A stretch of 63,667 nucleotides of DNA, counting the filler, from Octopus bimaculoides (lineage: Eukaryota), in the NCBI RefSeq assembly GCF_001194135.2. It is 6 parts of 5 records of this genome, joined end to end, with 100 filler letters (N's around TTAATTAATTAA, not from the genome) between each part and the next. Parts side by side here need not be neighbours in the genome. Positions count along the whole stretch, not along the records: positions 9,865 to 17,866 come from NC_068982.1; positions 17,967 to 28,621 come from NC_068988.1; 4 more parts are not named here. The stretch is one strand, 5' to 3'. Both the position numbers and the translations under genes were made by a program. Of this stretch, positions 13,285 to 27,049 are shown one piece after another (position 1 is the first letter of the stretch; every line of letters starts with the position of its first letter). Below the pieces are notes generated by a model. That model searched no databases. It worked only from the letters and a program-made list of their open reading frames with translations, and had not been told where the DNA came from.

Positions 13285-14187
13285 NNNNNNNNNNNNNNNN
13301 NNNNNNNNNNNNNNNNNNNNNNNNNNNNNNNNNNNNNNNNNNNNNNNNNNNNNNNNNNNNNNNNNNNNNNNNNNNNNNNNNNNNNNNNNNNNNNNNNNNN
13401 NNNNNNNNNNNNNNNNNNNNNNNNNNNNNNNNNNNNNNNNNNNNNNNNNNNNNNNNNNNNNNNNNNNNNNNNNNNNNNNNNNNNNNNNNNNNNNNNNNNN
13501 NNNNNNNNNNNNNNNNNNNNNNNNNNNNNNNNNNNNNNNNNNNNNNNNNNNNNNNNNNNNNNNNNNNNNNNNNNNNNNNNNNNNNNNNNNNNNNNNNNNN
13601 NNNNNNNNNNNNNNNNNNNNNNNNNNNNNNNNNNNNNNNNNNNNNNNNNNNNNNNNNNNNNNNNNNNNNNNNNNNNNNNNNNNNNNNNNNNNNNNNNNNN
13701 NNNNNNNNNNNNNNNNNNNNNNNNNNNNNNNNNNNNNNNNNNNNNNNNNNNNNNNNNNNNNNNNNNNNNNNNNNNNNNNNNNNNNNNNNNNNNNNNNNNN
13801 NNNNNNNNNNNNNNNNNNNNNNNNNNNNNNNNNNNNNNNNNNNNNNNNNNNNNNNNNNNNNNNNNNNNNNNNNNNNNNNNNNNNNNNNNNNNNNNNNNNN
13901 NNNNNNNNNNNNNNNNNNNNNNNNNNNNNNNNNNNNNNNNNNNNNNNNNNNNNNNNNNNNNNNNNNNNNNNNNNNNNNNNNNNNNNNNNNNNNNNNNNNN
14001 NNNNNNNNNNNNNNNNNNNNNNNNNNNNNNNNNNNNNNNNNNNNNNNNNNNNNNNNNNNNNNNNNNNNNNNNNNNNNNNNNNNNNNNNNNNNNNNNNNNN
14101 NNNNNNNNNNNNNNNNNNNNNNNNNNNNNNNNNNNNNNNNNNNNNNNNNTATATATATGTAATATATGTGTGTGTATATATATATTC

Positions 14188-14347
14188 GCAAGCGTGGGTA
14201 TATGGTAAGAAGTTTTCGTCCCAACCTAATACCTATACGTTCAGTTCCACTGTGTGGCATTTTGAGCAAGTCCCTTTTTACTATAGCATCGGGGCGACCA
14301 AACCTTTGTGTGTGGATTTAGTAGACGGATACTGAAAGAAACCCGCA
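14188..14347 (+). mobile_element. SINE family A 5' half, degraded
   Basis: gcgtgggtatatggtaagaag...ttgagcaagtc...ggattagtagacggatactgaaagaa aligns to the 40915 copy. Confidence 0.65.
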
Positions 14348-14425
14348 AAAGAGCTACTTGTAAAATCTCAAGAAGAGATAGAGTAGTAATTATGCTAAAC
14401 AGTGAAGCCTATCGCCACATCAAAA

Positions 14426-14751
14426 TGGCTGTTGAATGCTATTAACCCCAGGCAGATTCTCCGCCAGTTGGTTATCAGTGCGACATTCTGCACCCTTTAT
14501 ATACAACATGTTATAGCAGGGATAGCGAACGCCTACTACCCTCTAGCAGTTAACAGGATCGTGAGACTGACTCTGTTTTGAGCTATTTGGCTCGTCCTCA
14601 GTAGTGAGCACCTGTATGCCAGAGCGATAGCCAGAATCCGCTACCCCTGTGCTAACAATATGTTAAATATAAAGGGTGCAGAGTGTAGCACCGATAACCA
14701 GCTGGCGGAGAATCTGCCTGGGATTAAACTAGTAATAACATTCAACAGCCA
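14426..14751. mobile_element. MITE/foldback element with about 100-bp terminal inverted repeats
   Basis: tggctgttgaatg...caggcagattctccgccagttggttatcagtgcgacattctgcaccctttat is the inverse of ataaagggtgcagagtgtagcaccgataaccagctggcggagaatctgcctg...cattcaacagcca. Confidence 0.75.
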
Positions 14752-14873
14752 CATATATATATATATATATCATCAAAGTGGTCTTCCATAAACAACTTTG
14801 CCCAGACTTGTTCCTGTGGAGGTTAACTTTCTAGGTGCAATCCCATGGTCAGTCATAACCGAAGGGGGTCTCA

Positions 14874-14918
<45 letters not shown>

Positions 14919-15633
14919 NNNNNNNNNNNNNNNNNNNNNNNNNNNNNNNNNNNNNNNNNNNNNNNNNNNNNNNNNNNNNNNNNNNNNNNNNNNNNNNNNN
15001 NNNNNNNNNNNNNNNNNNNNNNNNNNNNNNNNNNNNNNNNNNNNNNNNNNNNNNNNNNNNNNNNNNNNNNNNNNNNNNNNNNNNNNNNNNNNNNNNNNNN
15101 NNNNNNNNNNNNNNNNNNNNNNNNNNNNNNNNNNNNNNNNNNNNNNNNNNNNNNNNNNNNNNNNNNNNNNNNNNNNNNNNNNNNNNNNNNNNNNNNNNNN
15201 NNNNNNNNNNNNNNNNNNNNNNNNNNNNNNNNNNNNNNNNNNNNNNNNNNNNNNNNNNNNNNNNNNNNNNNNNNNNNNNNNNNNNNNNNNNNNNNNNNNN
15301 NNNNNNNNNNNNNNNNNNNNNNNNNNNNNNNNNNNNNNNNNNNNNNNNNNNNNNNNNNNNNNNNNNNNNNNNNNNNNNNNNNNNNNNNNNNNNNNNNNNN
15401 NNNNNNNNNNNNNNNNNNNNNNNNNNNNNNNNNNNNNNNNNNNNNNNNNNNNNNNNNNNNNNNNNNNNNNNNNNNNNNNNNNNNNNNNNNNNNNNNNNNN
15501 NNNNNNNNNNNNNNNNNNNNNNNNNNNNNNNNNNNNNNNNNNNNNNNNNNNNNNNNNNNNNNNNNNNNNNNNNNNNNNNNNNNNNNNNNNNNNNNNNNNN
15601 NNNNNNNNNNNNNNNNNNNNNNNNNNNNNNNNN

Positions 15634-15703
<70 letters not shown>

Positions 15704-17756
15704 GCCTCTCTGGAACTAAACAGTGCTTCCCTAAATAACATTAATTTCGGTTAGACGGATTTTCTTTTTATTCGTCCTACCAGTATTTTAGACTATTTCG
15801 TATTCCACAAAAGATCTGTTTTGGTACAATGCTATCAATGTATCTAAACATTTTTTTTTTTCAAGTACGTATATATTGATCTCTCCTTGATGACTCCTGC
15901 TAACTTAGTGAAAGCTTGCAATCGTATCTTGTCTTGAAAAAATTACAACTATTGCAGAAACAGGGTGTATAAATATTCGTTTGTACATTTCTTTCACAAT
16001 GTCTAAGTTCATGCACCGTACATCAACATTAGAATTTCGACCTCCTGGTCACATACGATCAGGGGTCTAATCGAAAGTTTCGATAACTATTGATATAACT
16101 TTTGTGATTAATCAAGTTTTATAAATATTTCATATTCTAGAATTTGTTATCAACGAATATTTTACAAAACATTTTGTAGTATCGAATGAAAAAGTATGCT
16201 GCGAACATTTCTTTTTGTGACTACATAGTAAGTCGAGATTAAAGTGTTGTATATATGTGTCCCCTGTAATTTTAAACTTGGATATGTACATCTGAACTTG
16301 TAAATTCCATCTGAAGTTTATTCAACAATTTCAAAGCTTGTGATTCACATTAGGAATTTGTTTTTAGTTTATTCTTATTTTGAGATTTCTAATTCTCGTC
16401 TAAACATAGAATCCAGATCAAATGTTGCTATGTTGATTTGTCCATTATGTGGTCCCGATAGCTGTGCGCTGTCTTTGTTGAGGCAGCTTAAAAAGGCAGG
16501 CACCCACCCAGCTTTATGATTTCTCTCACTATTTGCATTCCTTCATTTAGCTTTAGGTCAAATGAAATTTTAGGTTTTTCTTACCCACAACCACTCCAAA
16601 AAAAAAAACATAAAGGATATAACAATATCTAACATAATTCTTATTATCATTAACACTAATTTATTTTCCCTTCGTTGATCAAAAAGAAATTTTCACATTT
16701 AGAATATCGACCTACAGTTAAGAAAACGTTAACCTACCCTCAGCTAAATATTGTTCTATACTTAACAATGTAGTAACTTATACTCAGCTAAAAGGCTACC
16801 TAAAGTCAAAGATATATACAAAATGCTAGCTAAATGGCAGTTGACATTCCAGTAAATTCGAGCCAAACCTCAAGTACTTGGTTGCCTATACTCAATTAAG
16901 TGTTACCGTACATTCAATCAAAGGTTAGCTTTCACTCATCTACAATCAACTAACTGGTAGCCTATACTCAACTACATGTTATACTAATCTTAAACTAATG
17001 GTAACCTACACTCTCTAAATGTTAGCTTACATGCAATTCACTGGTAGCTTATACTCAACTAACTCACATTTAACACACGTTCTTCACGCAGATAACTATT
17101 TCATTAAGTAAAGGCTATCCTTGGTAGAGACCCGATTCTGTTTAGAACTAAATGACTGAAGGATTCTTAATAAGCAGGTGAGAATATTGTAAAAGAGATA
17201 AAACACTCAGCAAATTCTTTTAAATTTATGAGAATAAAGAGACATCAAGCAAATTGTTGTTAGTTTTTCCATCTGAGCTTGATGAGAAGTTGTATGGTTT
17301 CGCCTTTCGACATTGATAGACTGTTGCTAAAATGCATCGGGTTTTGTGAATCTACCAATCTATAATTATATTTTTTAAGTATTATTTTTGGTTTATATTC
17401 CCATGATATTAATTTTTTTCTCTGTGAAGAACAACGGAATCAAATCCTTGAATAGGCGTCAGACATTTGGTATTCAGAGCGGAATATAAGTGCCTTGCCT
17501 TCATGAAAGGCGGATCGTCTCAGAGATATTTCTTGATAGACTTTGGTTAAAGAACACTTGGCAGCCTTCTTGGAATAAAAGGATTTCAAAGAGGGGAGCT
17601 AAGCACTTCCACCCAACAAAGCCAAAATCCAGAGAGTAGTTTCAGGGTAATTGCCTTTCAGCAGTCTGGAGTAGCTTCACCTTGCTAGATGTCGGTGCAA
17701 ATACATATATGCCCATATATATATGTATACAAGAAGATAATTGCTTACGCAGGCAC

Positions 17757-17833
<77 letters not shown>

Positions 17834-17866
17834 CATATGTATATATATATGTATATATATATATAT

Positions 17867-17966
17867 NNNNNNNNNNNNNNNNNNNNNNNNNNNNNNNNNN
17901 NNNNNNNNNNTTAATTAATTAANNNNNNNNNNNNNNNNNNNNNNNNNNNNNNNNNNNNNNNNNNNN
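17867..17966. other. Assembly join pad
   Basis: N44-TTAATTAATTAA-N44. Confidence 0.9.
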
Positions 17967-17969
17967 CAA

Positions 17970-18457
17970 CATATATAATATATAATGTATATAATTTATA
18001 ATAATAAAAGCGAACTTCTGTCTGTCCGTCTGAGACCCCTGTACGTCAGTCTACATATGTGAACCCGGGATTGAAAATCTGCCCTTCACTTAATTCTTGC
18101 ACACCCAGCATTGGGATCTAATTCAAAAGCATTTGGGTTGCTATTTCTAGCAGGTAAAAACTTGGCCCATTTGTGCTGTCTCGGTTGGCGTTTATCAGAT
18201 AACGTCAGAGATCAAGGGGAGACAAATGGCATTCGCTTCGTTAATTTTTAAGTCGTAATAAAAACTTTGACACAAATTATCCAACAGTTGGAATTCAAAT
18301 TGGGATTGGAACAATAAAATGTTTGCATTCTATTATTCTATTATCCGTCCTTAACTTCTGACATTTTAGATATATCATAGTCATGCTATTTAGGCCCAGT
18401 TAGCCCTCCACAGGAGCTATCAGAAATGTCTGCACGGGATTGAAGCCTTTAAGCTAG
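17970..18457 (+). mobile_element. Possible non-autonomous Helitron
   Basis: 5' TA-rich start then ataaaagcgaacttctgtctgtccgtc. 3' gcacggga...aagCTAG followed by T. The 5' TC terminus is not visible because of the gap. Confidence 0.35.
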
Positions 18458-18477
18458 TATATAGTATACATATTCGT

Positions 18478-18845
18478 TTATTCTCTTACACATTTCATTC
18501 ATTTGACTCCGGCCATGCAAGAGCACTGCTTTAAAGGGTCTTTTGTCGAAGAAATCGACCCCAGGACTAATTCGTTATAGGCCTAGTACTTATTCTATCG
18601 ATCTCATAAGCACACTACGATCGCTTGTCAAGGGATTTTGAGGGAACAAACACAGACACAAAGACACACGCACATAATATATATATACATGACGGGATTC
18701 TTTCAGTTTCTGTCTCCCAAATCCACTCGCAAGGCCTTGGGCGGCCCGAGGCTATAGTAGAAGACGCCCAAGGCACCACGCAGTGGGACTGAACCCGGAA
18801 CCATGTGGTTGGGAAGCAAGCTTCTTATCACACAGCCACGCCTTC
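18478..18845 (-). mobile_element. SINE family A copy
   Basis: Tail, internal microsatellite and tRNA-like head (rc aggcgtggctgtgtgataagaagcttgcttccc) all present. Confidence 0.8.
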
Positions 18846-18896
18846 CCCTACACCCACACACACATACACATACACATATGTATGCATGTGTGTATG

Positions 18897-18945
<49 letters not shown>

Positions 18946-19446
18946 TGACCGTTGACTGGACACTATTCNNNNNNNNNNNNNNNNNNNNNNNNNNNNNNNN
19001 NNNNNNNNNNNNNNNNNNNNNNNNNNNNNNNNNNNNNNNNNNNNNNNNNNNNNNNNNNNNNNNNNNNNNNNNNNNNNNNNNNNNNNNNNNNNNNNNNNNN
19101 NNNNNNNNNNNNNNNNNNNNNNNNNNNNNNNNNNNNNNNNNNNNNNNNNNNNNNNNNNNNNNNNNNNNNNNNNNNNNNNNNNNNNNNNNNNNNNNNNNNN
19201 NNNNNNNNNNNNNNNNNNNNNNNNNNNNNNNNNNNNNNNNNNNNNNNNNNNNNNNNNNNNNNNNNNNNNNNNNNNNNNNNNNNNNNNNNNNNNNNNNNNN
19301 NNNNNNNNNNNNNNNNNNNNNNNNNNNNNNNNNNNNNNNNNNNNNNNNNNNNNNNNNNNNNNNNNNNNNNNNNNNNNNNNNNNNNNNNNNNNNNNNNNNN
19401 NNNNNNNNNNNNNNNNNNNNNNNNNNNNNNNNNNNNNNNNNNNNNN

Positions 19447-19480
<34 letters not shown>

Positions 19481-20029
19481 CATCCGTATAAGGTATCATT
19501 GCGCGTGTAAAATATATTGCTAATGAATTTCTTAAGAAACGGTAAATAAAGGCTAATTGCACACACATTAGTTATAGACTCCAGAACCCCATGAAATTTC
19601 CACAATGCCTTTTGCTGATTAAACTAACAGGGTGCCAAGTCAGACAGAAGTTTTTATAATTGTTGGTGTCTCCGTTATTATGGTTATTATTTCAATTTTT
19701 TTTTTCCTGTGGGATTCGCACAATATTTCCTGCTATTGAAAAATGTCTTATTTGCAGCATTGTAAAACAATCTGGAAAAAACATTACAACTTTGAACATT
19801 TAAAACGGGGAGGCGGGTGAAAAAAAAAACAAAGCATATGACTAAAAATTGACTGGCAAAACGGCAAATGCAGCCTAACTTATCTGACTCAACCCCCACT
19901 AATGTTGTCGTTTGTTCACACTTCGCTTTTTTCACGAAGAATTTGCCAGACGCGATTCTGTGTAAGCTCGGATTCAAAATGAAACAACCTTGGAGCGAAG
20001 ACCAAGCACCCAGAGAGTAAATATGCAGA

Positions 20030-20450
20030 ATATTGTTTTATCATTCGCTTGTTTCAGTCATTAGATTGCGGTCACGCTGGAGCACCACCTTAAAGAATTC
20101 TTTTATTCGAATGAGTCGAATCCCAGTATTAATTTTGTTTTTTTCTTTTCTAAAGCCTAGTACTCATTCTATCGCTTCTTTTTGCCAAACCGCTAAGTTA
20201 TGGGAACGTAAAGAAACCAGCACCGGTTGTTAAGCAGTGTTGGGAACAGACACAGACACAAAAATACACGCACACATAAATACCACAGGTTTCTTTCAGT
20301 TTCCGTCCACCAAATCCACTCACAAGGCTTTAGTCGGCCCGAGGCTATAGTAGAAGACATTTCCCCAAGATGCCACGCAGTGGGACTGAACCCAGAACCA
20401 GGTGGTTGCGAAGAAAGTCTCTTATTATATAACCACGCCTGCGCCTATAT
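20030..20450 (-). mobile_element. SINE family A copy
   Basis: Matches family A from tail (gtttcagtcattagattgcggtcacgctggagcacc) to head (aaccacgcctgcgcct). Confidence 0.8.
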
Positions 20451-21035
20451 GGTAGAATATACTAGGGAATGTTTTTTTTATCTTTTTACACGTTCCAGCT
20501 TGAAGACTGTGGCCATACTGGTGCACTGCAAGTGAAAAAGAATGTAGATCATCCGCCGGATGCCGCAATCCGGGATATAATTATGAAAGAGTAATGGAAT
20601 TTAGGATCTTAGTCAGAAAAGAATATTAGTGACTTGGTGGTTAAGTTCTTTGGAAAATTGCAGTAAATGGCGAAATATAAATTTGCTAAGAGAGAAAAAG
20701 TATACGAAAGAGACCCCAGCTGAAATGTGAAATTGTAAAAATCGCTCATTGAAACTTGTCAAAATGGAGGTGGTTATGTCTCAAAACTGGCAACGAAAGA
20801 AACATTTTTTTAAAAACATTCTTTGTACGCAACTGAAATAACGTTGGAATAAATCGCCATATTTGTATATCATGCTAAACCGTTAGAAAGCATGGTGCTG
20901 TGGAATTGTCTGAGATAAAACATCATCATAAGCTTGTTATGTTAAGCCCCAAGAAACATCTGTCGTTCCCATGAATCTCTACCATGGCCCTCATTGAAGA
21001 TGAAATAGAATTTTTGTTAGGCCTCATAAGGCTAA

Positions 21036-21290
21036 GGTGCGTGGCGTAGTAAGGAGCGTGTTGACTCACGATGGAAAGACCGTGGTTTCGATTCCGAACA
21101 GTGATCTGTGTTCTTGGACATAACACTTCATCTCACATTGTTCCAGCCCACTTCATTGTAAATGGGTTCCAGCAATGAGTGGGAAGTTATCCCTGGAACA
21201 GACTAGCTTCCTCTTCAAGGAGGGTAAGACAGTTGTGACTTCGATCATTTATTTGCCATAGAATCCGGGTTAAGCTCTGGACTTACAAGT
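21036..21290 (+). mobile_element. tRNA-derived SINE family F, degraded
   Basis: A box gtggcgtagtaagg, B box ggtttcgattcc, then gtgttcttggacataacacttcatctcacattgttcc. Related minus-strand copies at 26150, 42200 and 46890. Confidence 0.55.
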
Positions 21291-21609
21291 CCTGAATCTC
21301 GTGTCAAGCCTAAGTCTAGACCAGCTCATTAGAGTTGACTAGTTGCATTTTTTTATCACATTGAAGCTTGTGACAACAAAATGCACGCCCAGACGACACT
21401 TAGATACAATTTCTCAACATACACGTTGTCTTCATACTTATGTGGCCTTAATTTCGCGCCACCAATCATAATGAGATAAAGCACAAAATTCTTTTCGTCA
21501 CAAATGTATAGATATGAAAATAAATAACCACCATATTTCATGATAGATTAAATTATAAGCTGTGACTTCTTTCTATGTTCTCTGTAAGGAGAAGATCAAT
21601 GTGGACCCG

Positions 21610-22100
21610 TTTTTGTATATCGTGTCTCTCTCCATCTATGGCCATAAACGCTGAGTAAGGACCGAAAGAGTAGTGTAGTGAAAACAAGGGGCCGAAACAG
21701 AGTTCCTCCAAATGATCTTTGTAGTAATGTTACCCGACAGGGTATTTTGCTCGGAGATCAGGGAGTCTCTCGAAGACGACTCGTTACATTTCTGTATTGA
21801 GGAGTCACAACTCAGGCACAATGGACATGTGATCAAAACGCCACAGGAAAGAATCGCAAGACGGATACTTCAAGCCAAACCACACGGAAGGAAACCTGGT
21901 GGCATATACAGAACGAGATGGTTGGATGATATCCATAGTCACACTCGGGCATGTTCGGGAATCGAGCAGGAAATGGAAACGCCAGTTGCTTCTTATAGGA
22001 ACCTCTCAAGGACCTCCCCTGAGGAGACATCGCCTTCGGCCCTCTGACGACTAGTGGGTGCAGGAAAGGGTTGGATCGATAATCAGAAGAAAGGGATTCT
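21610..22100 (+). pseudogene. 3' fragment of an RTE-clade LINE (Rex3/Expander-like C-terminus)
   Basis: YGHKR...GAETEFLQ...DRVFCSEIRESL...IEESQLRHNGHVIKTPQERIARRILQAKPHGRKPGGIYRTRWLDDI resembles the RTE post-RT motif QLRWFGHV..RP.GRPRTRW.D. Confidence 0.7.
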
Positions 22101-22493
22101 GTTGTTCCTGCCCTCATTCATCTATTTATTTGCGCAAAAGACATTGTATTTTAACCACACCAAATATTATTTGCACAGAGAGGGACAAGCTAATGCATGT
22201 TTAATTAACGCCTGTATATATATATAGACAAATTTGCAACACACACACACACACACACATACACGCAGGCACGCACGCACATATGTTTGTATGTATGTGT
22301 GTATGTATGCATGTATGTATGTATGAGTGTGTGCATGTATATATGGGGAGAGCCACAGAGAGAGTTATGTACAGGTGTTAAACATAAACGGCAATATGTT
22401 ATTGTCAATTGAAGTATTACCTGTTTAACTAACTCACTAAGAAATATAAAGTTAATACAATATATACTTATTTTAAATGTTTATCTAAGTACG

Positions 22494-22563
<70 letters not shown>

Positions 22564-22758
22564 TGTGTGTGTGTGTGTGTGTATGCATGTATATATATAG
22601 TTATGATATATTCTATTAAGAACGTAGTAGAGTAGAGCTTAAAGCTCGTTCACATAATCATAATGCACGCCTGGAGAACTACTTTGCGTGAAAACAATTG
22701 TAGAGATTAATAAACAAAATGTCCAACCGTACTCCTTGTTGACTTCAAGTTTTTCTCT

Positions 22759-22789
<31 letters not shown>

Positions 22790-23085
22790 TCTTTCACTTG
22801 TTTCAGTCGTTTGACTGCGGCCATGGGATGTATAAATGAATATATGGAAAGATGGTTTGATGGATCGGCGGATGGTTCTGCACAAAGAGAGAGAGAGAGA
22901 AAATCATACGCAGGCGAGAGGCAGAGAGAGAATGAGAAGGAGAAAAAGAAAGATGGAAACTCTGAGACAGAGAGAGAGGAAGAAAGAGACAGAAACAGAG
23001 AAATAGAGACAGGCAGAAAGATAGAGGAGGCACCAGAAAAACACAAAGACAAAGAAACAAATATAACAAGGACTTAGAGAGCGTG

Positions 23086-23170
<85 letters not shown>

Positions 23171-24061
23171 NNNNNNNNNNNNNNNNNNNNNNNNNNNNNN
23201 NNNNNNNNNNNNNNNNNNNNNNNNNNNNNNNNNNNNNNNNNNNNNNNNNNNNNNNNNNNNNNNNNNNNNNNNNNNNNNNNNNNNNNNNNNNNNNNNNNNN
23301 NNNNNNNNNNNNNNNNNNNNNNNNNNNNNNNNNNNNNNNNNNNNNNNNNNNNNNNNNNNNNNNNNNNNNNNNNNNNNNNNNNNNNNNNNNNNNNNNNNNN
23401 NNNNNNNNNNNNNNNNNNNNNNNNNNNNNNNNNNNNNNNNNNNNNNNNNNNNNNNNNNNNNNNNNNNNNNNNNNNNNNNNNNNNNNNNNNNNNNNNNNNN
23501 NNNNNNNNNNNNNNNNNNNNNNNNNNNNNNNNNNNNNNNNNNNNNNNNNNNNNNNNNNNNNNNNNNNNNNNNNNNNNNNNNNNNNNNNNNNNNNNNNNNN
23601 NNNNNNNNNNNNNNNNNNNNNNNNNNNNNNNNNNNNNNNNNNNNNNNNNNNNNNNNNNNNNNNNNNNNNNNNNNNNNNNNNNNNNNNNNNNNNNNNNNNN
23701 NNNNNNNNNNNNNNNNNNNNNNNNNNNNNNNNNNNNNNNNNNNNNNNNNNNNNNNNNNNNNNNNNNNNNNNNNNNNNNNNNNNNNNNNNNNNNNNNNNNN
23801 NNNNNNNNNNNNNNNNNNNNNNNNNNNNNNNNNNNNNNNNNNNNNNNNNNNNNNNNNNNNNNNNNNNNNNNNNNNNNNNNNNNNNNNNNNNNNNNNNNNN
23901 NNNNNNNNNNNNNNNNNNNNNNNNNNNNNNNNNNNNNNNNNNNNNNNNNNNNNNNNNNNNNNNNNNNNNNNNNNNNNNNNNNNNNNNNNNNNNNNNNNNN
24001 NNNNNNTATTTCTGTTTATCTGTTTTACTCTGCGTGTGAATATGAGTATTCACAGACACGT

Positions 24062-24094
<33 letters not shown>

Positions 24095-24097
24095 CAC

Positions 24098-24139
<42 letters not shown>

Positions 24140-24278
24140 TTACGCATATATTGTTCAAAACAGTTTGATTCGGATTCTGAATATTACTATTAATATTAAT
24201 ATTTAGCAGAAGCAACAGAGTGACTCAAGGTTTGAGACTTCCGTGTGTTTTCATCAGCATACCTGGAGATGTATGTGT

Positions 24279-24345
<67 letters not shown>

Positions 24346-25773
24346 TGTATGTATGCATGTATGTATATACATGCATAAGAAACCAATGTGTACGTACGCC
24401 GCCATATGTATATAAATAGGAATAGAAAATATGGGACAAGAACGCAAAACAGCCAGACAGATAATACAAAAAATGGACAAGAAAAAACAAGGACGGGTCA
24501 TTCGGAGTTTTCTTTCCTCAGTCGAGTTCCAGATTATCTTCGCAATTTCGGCTGGTTATACTCGAGATTGCTCCAATAATTACATACTCCATTCAGATTA
24601 CAAGTTCACATTTATACGTGTAATTATCAGGGCACTGGTACATGTAACACACTGCCTAAATACCAATCTTGAGAAATAAGTTTTCTTAAAATCCGAAAGG
24701 AGAAAGCTGATTCGATGTCTACAGATCCAATCCATCACTGGAACTGTAAAAATCTGTAAAATTTTCCAGAAGTTTATCGTTTAGGCATATATTAGTATCT
24801 CTAGATATGCAACTATATGCATGAGAATACATGCATAAAACATACAAATCTGCTCATATACATACATACATGCATGCATACATACATACATACATACATA
24901 CAAAAATATCCTATTGTTGATATTAAAATTCCAATGAAGGAGCCTTGGGTCTAGGTTAGAAACCGGCTCTTTCTCCATTGGCAGGAAATCTTGAAATAAA
25001 ACTCAATAACGACGTACGCACGACTGTCTTCTTTCACACACACAGATGTGTCTATAAATGTGCGACAAACCACTACAGAGCTTCCGTTTACTAAATTCAT
25101 TTCCATGGGTCGTCTCCTAACGAAAATAAATGACACTTTCCTCAGTTGCTGCGCAGGGTTACTGAACTCAAAAACCCGTGGCCGAAAAGAGAACTTCGCC
25201 ATCACAAAGCCACGCCTGCATCGATTTAAAAATATATTAAATAAATAGAAAATAAATAAATATAAGATTTGAGAGTGATAGCATTAATGCCTCGATCCTA
25301 TATCTGCTCAATCACGGCCGACCATGGGCTAAAATTCATGACCAATAACAAAGAAACCAATGACAACTACAACTACAACAACAACAAATTTTATTTTTAA
25401 AATGCGATTCACACATTTACAGTCACAACCTAGTCATTTCTTACGCATGCGTAATCGTAGAATTTCCGTATAGAAGAGAGCTTACGATGCAGAACAATGA
25501 CTCAGCCAGTGTTGTCATCTTCTTCTTGAGCCAAACACCTGCAGAGGATTCTAAGAAAGGTTGTTACGGTGATAAGTATTACGGTATTTGGTGCGAACAT
25601 TGATGGTCTGATGGTTTGTGACCTCTTCCGTATAAATACACACACACACACACACAATCACACACACACACACACACACGATCACTCACTCACTCACACA
25701 TACACACACACATATGTATATATGATTATGTATTGTATGCGCGTGTTTGTAATATAAATTTAAATCAAAATGT

Positions 25774-25822
<49 letters not shown>

Positions 25823-26149
25823 TGTGTTAAAGTAAAAAAAGGATAACTAATCTAAGTGAAATACTTTATAAGGTCTTTGTAGATGAAGTTAAACCAGGCT
25901 AACAAATATGCTCTGTGATAGGTGTAGGAATATAAGTAACCCGAACACAAGATGTTACCAGTCAAATTTCGAAATCCGGTCACCAAGTGAAGTGTTATGT
26001 TGATACAAATCATAAAGAAAAATAGACATATATTGAAGGCTTGCATTAGGTTCCAATAGATACGGGAGGAGATCTACTCTAATAGTTCAGTTTTATTAAT
26101 CAATTGATCCCTATATACGACACGCAGAGGAAATATTGGAAATATTCTC

Positions 26150-26292
26150 TGACATGCCCCACCCGACAAAGTAGTAGAGCAACGTGAAACGAAGTATTTT
26201 GCTCAAGAACACAACACGCACCAACCTCCGAAAATTGAACCCGTGAACTGGCAATCATGAGTACAACACCCTAACCACAAGGCCATAAGCCT
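26150..26292 (-). mobile_element. SINE family F copy, degraded
   Basis: ttttgctcaagaacacaac...attgaacccg...aacaccctaaccacaaggcc is the reverse complement of a tRNA-like head. Confidence 0.55.
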
Positions 26293-27017
26293 TCACATAC
26301 CTGATAACCATTGTTCTTCTGTAAACGATTCAGATGAACATTGGCTAAAACCTATAGATATATCATGCTGTAAATTAATATAAATTTATTAATCAATCTA
26401 CTTTCTAAAAATGCGCGATAAATGCAAATCGGATTTTCTTGAAATGCAGGGGATTACAAAAAGTGTCTTAGCGGACTGTCGTGGAAGTAATGTGGTCGTT
26501 GGTAAAATCTCAGCGCAAGACTCAACTTAGTCGAACTCACTCCTGTTTCCCTGTCTGCGAAGATATTGTTTGTGGTGATAAGATAATAACATACGTCTAT
26601 ACATACACTGTTTGTAAGTAGAAGGAGAGGCAAACGTATGTGTGTGTGTGCGACAGAGAATATGTGTAACGATATTTTTTTAATATAGCTGCTACATGTG
26701 TATACAAACACATATACATGGATACACACACACACACACACACACGCACGCACACACACACACACACNNNNNNNNNNNNNNNNNNNNNNNNNNNNNNNNN
26801 NNNNNNNNNNNNNNNNNNNNNNNNNNNNNNNNNNNNNNNNNNNNNNNNNNNNNNNNNNNNNNNNNNNNNNNNNNNNNNNNNNNNNNNNNNNNNNNNNNNN
26901 NNNNNNNNNNNNNNNNNNNNNNNNNNNNNNNNNNNNNNNNNNNNNNNNNNNNNNNNNNNTATATATAGTTACGAACACACGTACGCATACATATGTAAGC
27001 CTAAGCACAAACCCTTA

Positions 27018-27049
<32 letters not shown>

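Noticed and set aside
12994-15754. 300-400 aa ORFs
   Set aside because: Length comes from X runs across assembly gaps.
16055-16085. Mariner-TIR-like string tacgatcaggggtctaatcgaaagttt
   Set aside because: No partner TIR or transposase remnant found nearby.
24905-25010. Hairpin ccaatg..gagcc...ggctc..cattgg containing GAAACCGG, a possible hammerhead/Penelope end
   Set aside because: No CUGANGA core is recognisable. It is likely a repeat fragment but not supportable as a ribozyme.
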